Assembly (NCBI RefSeq): GCF_000143415.4
Contig: NW_003314261.1
Location: 2,739,266-2,803,265 of the forward strand
Source: Selaginella moellendorffii
Lineage: Eukaryota; Plantae; Lycopodiophyta
DNA length: 64,000 bases
Reading direction: 5' to 3'
Below the pieces are notes generated by a model. That model ran no database searches. It saw nothing but the letters and a program-made list of their open reading frames with translations, and was not told the DNA's origin. Below are positions 58,669-64,000 of the stretch, piece after piece; position 1 is the first letter of the stretch, and each line of letters opens with the position of its first letter. Both the position numbers and the translations under genes were made by a program.

Positions 58669-60619
58669 GATGGCATGTATTTATTTAAAAATGTAACTTA
58701 TTATGGCATGGGGTTCCATGCCATTGTATTAATATTAAAAGACAATACTTTGAGAGGATTTGCATTATACTAGAAGTGTTACAGCATGTTATTGGAAGTC
58801 TACGAAGTTGTTTTATTAATAAGGGGAAAGTAAAGATTGAATGGGGACTTGGGCTCCACCTAGACTCGGAGCAACTGAGCCAATATTAAAAGGATGGAAA
58901 GAAATTGGATGACGATGACAAGGAGAAGAGAGAGGTGAAGCAATGGCAGGGGGAAGAGAAGTGATTGAGTAGACATTTCCTTGTTTAAAATAAAATGGCA
59001 TGTGCCTCAATGCAGTTGAATTTTGTTATATTTATATACTATATAAAGGTTTGGAAACCTTATTTTACAAGTGGGATAATGACAATTCCCACTTTAACAA
59101 AATAGAGCTTAAAGGCTTTTTCGAGTTTTTGGTTCTTTGAGTTTTTATGTTCATTATTCCATTTGCTAAAAATTGTTGGGGAAGGCATTTTTGGCTCATT
59201 AGCTTCAATGTTGAAGTTAGTATTTGCATCTAGCAATCATTAGTGATGATTGATTATCATCTAAGATAGTTGATTATATTTGTCAAAGGTTTTGCTTGAT
59301 TATTGTTGATATAGAATGATTTGCCATTCTTCGGGATGGTGGATTCCTTCTTTAATGATAATTAGGCATCTCTTTATTAATGGGATGATTAATGATCTTC
59401 TATGATAGTTGGTAATGCTATTTAATAGCTTATGGCATTTTGTATTACCACATGTTCTTTGTGGTTTGCTCTGGGTTTGAAATATTAATAGGATGTTGCT
59501 GATATTTCCTGAGAAACTTTGGTTCCTTCGTATTATTAACAGAAATCTATTCAAATTAGTTAGTGCGATGGTTGGCATGAATAAGTGTTTATTTGCTTTG
59601 CAACATTCATTCTATTATATTGACTATTGTTACAGTTACTTCTAATAGATTGGATGTTATTTCCTTTGGGTGATACATTCACAAGTATTGTGCTTATCAA
59701 TTAATAATATTTTGTGTTTTTTGAGTTGTATTTTGTAAGTTGTTTGGTATGCTATCTACAATCTTTGGTAATTAAGTTTCATCATTGAGTTTTCTTGATG
59801 ATACATTGACTATTGTATTTTGTTAGATGGTGAATCTTATGTTTTCCAATTATGATGATCTTAATGGTTCCTATATGGGAATACTGATTTATTGGCTAAT
59901 AACTTACTTGGAATACTTTTGTGTTCTAATCTAAGATATATTCATTGATAATTAAGTCTCTAAAATATCATTATCTTTAATTTTGATATTGTCCATCTAT
60001 TAATCTTTGAGTTTAGGCCAGTATAGGTAGATTGACTTTGGCACTTTGTATACATGATGAAATCTTTAGTCATGAGGTAGCTACTATCGACTAGTCACAT
60101 CACTCACCTTTCTGTCAATGTTCCTTATTCTATTAAAAGGGCATGACCATATAAAATACTCTAACTACATATTCACAGTAGTCTATCTAAACCTTACTGA
60201 CAATTTTGGTTTCCTTGCTCATGAGGGTTGGGGCCTCTAGCTTCTCTCTCTATATCCCTTCGGGCAGGGGCGTATCACACTTTTGTAAGTTGGGTGACAC
60301 CTAGAGTAGCAAGGGTGGCTAACTCCGTTGGTCATTTCCTTGTCGGTAACAGTCGGAAGGTGTCTAAATTGGTAGTGCATCCGCATTAGACAAAGAGGTT
60401 ACCTTAACTCATTTAAGTTGGTGCATTTCTCATATAGTGTGATCACTATGAACTGTAATAGCAGGGGTTTAGACTCGAGTATGCTTCAACAAGGACGTTG
60501 ATCTTCCTTAAGGAGAGGAAAGTGTCGCGAATATGACTTCAGGTATCAAAAGTTACCTACTGTGGGGGGTTCCAAATGTATAGTAAGAATAGTGGGTAGG
60601 TTGGGCATGGTTGACCAAC

Positions 60620-61386
60620 TGTAAGCTCCTGAATTTGGACTTCTCAGGAGGTCACCCAGCCCAATACTATTCAAACCCAAGGACGCTTAACCCCAAGTAT
60701 CCCAAGACCCTTAACCGTTTGGAAAAGGGGGTGCACTCTTATTCATGGGCCCTTTCCCTCTATATTTGAACCCCATAGATCGTCTCTCAAATCGTTCCCT
60801 TTGGTTGCTTACAATCCACCATACTTCCCTGCAAGTTCACGTCCTCGTGAACGGAAGCTGAACCCCAAGTATCCCAAGACCCTTAACCGTTTGGAAAAGG
60901 GGGTGCACTCTTATTTATGGGCCCTTTCCCTCTATATTTGAACCCCATAAATCGTCTCTCAAATCGTTCCCTTTGGTTGCTTACAATCCACCATGCTTCC
61001 CTGCAAGTTCACGTCCTCGTGAACGGAAGCTGAGAGCCGCAGCTCTCCTGAGAGCCCCGCTCTCTTGACACCCTACCCCTCGGGTCGAGCCCAGTAGGAG
61101 CAAATTGGACCAGCCAGATGTCAATCAACATGTGGTGTGATTCTCCTAGCCAACCAACAGAGTCGGACCTGAGACCTCTCTGATACCAAATGTAACCTCC
61201 TGAATTTAGACTTCTCGGGAGGTCACCCAGCCCAGTACTATTCAAACCCAAGGATACTTGGGGTCCCAAGTATCCCAAGACCCTTAACCGTTTGGAAAAG
61301 GGGGTGCACTCTTATTCATGAGCCCTTTCCCTCTATATTTGAACCCCATAGATCGTCTCTCAAGTCGTTCTCTTTAGTTGCTTACA
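60620..61386 (-). mobile_element. Cassandra-like TRIM with a 5S rRNA-derived segment in its LTRs
   Basis: TSD CCAAC. LTRs at 61191-61386 (5') and 60620-60813 (3'). Met PBS TGGTATCAGAG at 61188-61178, a short non-coding internal region and a purine-rich PPT. The LTR contains GTTAAGCGTCCTTGGG..AATAGTATTGGGCTGGGTGACCTCCTGAGAAGTCC. Confidence 0.9.
60637..60691 (-). promoter_or_regulatory. 5S rRNA-like Pol III internal control region (A box, intermediate element, C box) within the TRIM LTR
   Basis: Matches the 3' half of plant 5S rRNA as recalled (GTTAAGCG..TTGGG..TAGTACT.GGATGGGTGACCTCC.GGGAAGTCC). A second copy lies at ~61208-61254. Confidence 0.8.
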
Positions 61387-64000
61387 CCAACTTGAGGCAC
61401 AATTTAACTCCTGCTTGCGTGCTTGTCCCTGTTCTGTATCTGGCTTAGGTCTAAGCCCAAGTTCCACACCATGCTAGTTGGTGGAGTACTTATATCCTTA
61501 CGTTAGGCCACTAATATACTAAAATAGCACCAGACTCCATTTGGCTCCATTTTGCTTGTTGGTCCTAGCATTGGGATGCTGGCTGCTCTAGGACTAATCC
61601 AAGTTGCTCTATGCCTCTGTCCCTTCACTCTTTGGGCTATATGCTCAGGAGTCGTTCTGTGCTCTAGTGCTATTGCTCCTTGGCTCTATGCTTGGGAGTT
61701 TAACACCGTTCCTTTGTTTAGTGGCCCAAAGCCCTAAAACGTAGGTTTCACACCATTGTCCTTTGAAAACGTGGCATGTGACATGTGGCATATAACATGT
61801 GGCACATGGAGGGTTTAGGTTCCACTTTGTGGTTATCCTGTGGTAAATCACTAGAGGATAAAGGGTAAAAACCACATGCGCTACAACCATCAAGAACACT
61901 CAATGATAAAACTTAACTATTAAAAACTTGCATATAGCATGCTAAACAACTTACATAAAATAACTCAAAGAACACAAAATATTATCGATTGGCAAAAAAA
62001 ATGTTCACGAATGTATCACACGAAGGAAATAACATCCCAATCTATTAAAACTAACTTAAGCAACAATCAATAGAACAGAATGAATATTGCAAAGCAAACA
62101 AACACTTATTTAGACCAATTATCACACTATCCAATCCTAGTCAACAATATGAAAAAACTCAAGTTGCTTAAGCAAGTGTCAGCAATATCCTACTAATGTT
62201 TTAAACCCAAGAAACCAATCCAAAGTAAACCACAAAGAATATATGGTATTGTGAAAAGCCATAAGCTATTGAAGGAAATAACTAACTATCATGAAAAAAC
62301 ATTAATTATCTCATCGATAAAGAGATGCATAATCATTGTTGAATAATAATCCACCATCCAAAAGAATGGCAAATCATTCACCACCAACAACAACTAAGCA
62401 TAACTCTTAACGAGAACAATCAACTATCCAAAGATGATAGTTAATCATCACCAATGATTACTAGATGTAAATATTATCTTCAATATTGAAGTTAATGAGC
62501 TAAAATGATTTTTCAACAACTTCTAACAAATGGACTATAAACATGAAAAGTCAAGGAACCAAAAGCTCAAAAAAGCCCATAGCTAAGTCTTGCTTAACAA
62601 TGATCATGAGTCTCCCATGAACTAACTTCAATGCTAAAGAAGAAATTATGATACAACCCACAATATCCTCCTCAATTCATCCATAAGCCTGTTTGTATCA
62701 ATCCAAAAGCCAAACATATTGAAGCTATGCTTAACAAGTGATTATCAAATCAATCCTCCATAAATTTATATTTTATAATAACACGTAACTCAATTTATAA
62801 CAAACACAAGAAAAGTCATCAATAATTGATATATCCCAGCTCAAATCTAACAAGGATTCAATCACTAACTCTTCCTCTCGTAAACTCAGTATAGTCTATG
62901 ACTACATCACTTTTCAAAAAAAAGTTAAACCTCAACCCCTACTAATCATTCTCATTTAGAACACAACTAACTCAACTTGCCATTTAGCTTATTTGAACGC
63001 CAACATAGTTGCTAACTAGCAAATGCATAAATGTCAATAACATAAAGCTACAGCCCAAACATTAACACTATTTGCATTAAGACTAATGAAATGTAATATT
63101 AATCTTATGGAGAGATATTTCATTTCACTTGAATCTCAATATCAACAACGTCAACAACAAGGCATCACTTTAATGCCATCAACATTAGAACAAAGCTAAA
63201 AAAAAGCAAAAATGAATCACTACTTAAAACTCTTTAGCAACCACACTAACTAATGTAAAAAATACTTTACTCAGTATCCAAGACTAATTTTTCAACAATA
63301 CTCAATTACAGATAACATATCATCAAAGAGTGATTCACCATGTCCAAGACTTAATATAATTCAATACCATGGACTAAATGTACTAAATGATATCGACAGA
63401 GGTAGAATCAATGCAATATGGAAAAACCATGTAAATTTAACGACATAATCCTCCATAACAACATTTGGTAAAGCAAGTCTATCACTGCTAAATCATCATC
63501 AAGAAAAACAAGTGTCAGCGGTTCTTGACAAAGTTTACAAACAACCATTAGTCATAAAACAATCAATAATCACTCTTCAACTTGCCTTCACAAGACCCAA
63601 ACATTAAATTCCTGGCATCAAGTCATATACTTATCCAACATGAATGTAATACCTTAAATATGAAATATAAGAACACGGACAAGCACAAACTAAATAACCA
63701 CTTGAATCTAACTCAACCGCAATAAGCTCACTAATGTGTCTAACTATTAGCTCTAAGCATACCTTAAAGAGGCTAGCTATGCATGATCAACACTTAGTCG
63801 AAACTAAGTGAAAAAAATAAGATGAACTCATAGTGGTACACAACCTCCTTATAAACAAAGTTATAGTACAAGTACTAATATTTCAACTGCAAACAACTAA
63901 GTTAGACATCACGATCCTTAGCCAAAGTGCAGAGCTACCAAAACTAAGTCAAGATTAGTTAGAGCTCACTACTCTCATAGAGTTTAACAAAATGCAAAGT

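Larger units (their letters stand above)
46839..59016. repeat. Dispersed 22-bp palindrome ATGGCRTG-N6-CAYGCCAT (~25 copies)
   Basis: Copies at e.g. 46927, 47527, 47687, 48771, 48828, 50376, 52401, 52470, 52530, 53788, 55428, 55629, 56315, 57551, 57626, 58703 and 58995. Confidence 0.88.
46296..59110. mobile_element. 12.8-kb TIR DNA transposon (Sola-like) carrying a cargo gene
   Basis: TIRs: left AAGCTCTATTTCGTTAAAGTAGGA, right (reverse complement) AAGCTCTATTTTGTTAAAGTGGGA. 4-bp TSD AAAG (46292-46295 / 59111-59114). The empty site is present in the sister copy at ~62570-62600. Confidence 0.9.
41627..61885 (+). mobile_element. Non-autonomous LTR element G (same family as F), hosting the DNA transposon and the TRIM
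   Basis: TSD ACCAT (41622-41626 / 61886-61890). 5' LTR at 41627-~42716, degenerate Met PBS TGGTATTAGAG at 42718, PPT at ~60511-60522 and 3' LTR at 60523-61885. The internal region holds only highly eroded pol-like relics. Confidence 0.88.
39769..64000 (-). mobile_element. Non-autonomous LTR element F (LARD-like), running beyond the window and interrupted by element G
   Basis: 3' LTR at ~39769-40930 followed by PPT complement CTCTCCCCCCC. Internal sequence at 40931-41626 resumes at 61891-64000 and is the reverse complement of the element G internal region. No intact ORFs. Confidence 0.82.

Noticed and set aside
46839-59016. Palindromic repeats interpreted as a CRISPR array
   Set aside because: Irregular spacing, degenerate copies, location in introns and exons, and a eukaryotic context.
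46291-59114. Alternative reading of the DNA transposon TSD as 5-bp TAAAG
   Set aside because: It would make the TIRs asymmetric by one base. The 4-bp AAAG reading gives matched termini, though other copies are needed to settle it.
60620-61386. Possible 5S rRNA gene or CRISPR-like repeat array
   Set aside because: Only ~55 nt of 5S-like sequence embedded in LTRs. The repeats are LTR copies with PBS, PPT and TSD, with no spacers or cas genes.

Overview
Eukaryotic plant genomic DNA, most likely a lycophyte such as Selaginella. This is inferred from a PPR gene with mostly 31-aa repeats, cyanovirin-N homologue genes, ~50-70 nt introns and tightly packed GC-rich genes. The first 4 kb holds three host genes: a PLS-E PPR protein, a GET2/CAML-like protein and an intronless APS kinase. 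A secreted CVNH lectin gene and a disrupted paralogue lie at 15-21 kb. The rest is a transposon nest whose boundaries can mostly be fixed by target-site duplications (TSDs): several Ty3/gypsy elements, two solo LTRs with internal 6/12-bp arrays, a non-autonomous LTR family nested in itself, and a 5S-rRNA-carrying Cassandra-like TRIM. The most notable feature is a 12.8-kb TIR DNA transposon (46296-59110, 4-bp TSD AAAG). It encodes a Sola-like DDD transposase and a divergent multi-exon cargo gene with a ParB/Srx-like domain, a degenerate N6/N4-methyltransferase-like fold and an FCP1/NIF HAD phosphatase domain. It also carries about 25 copies of a 22-bp palindrome, many of them inside its small introns. 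All homology calls are by motif recognition only; no database searches were run.
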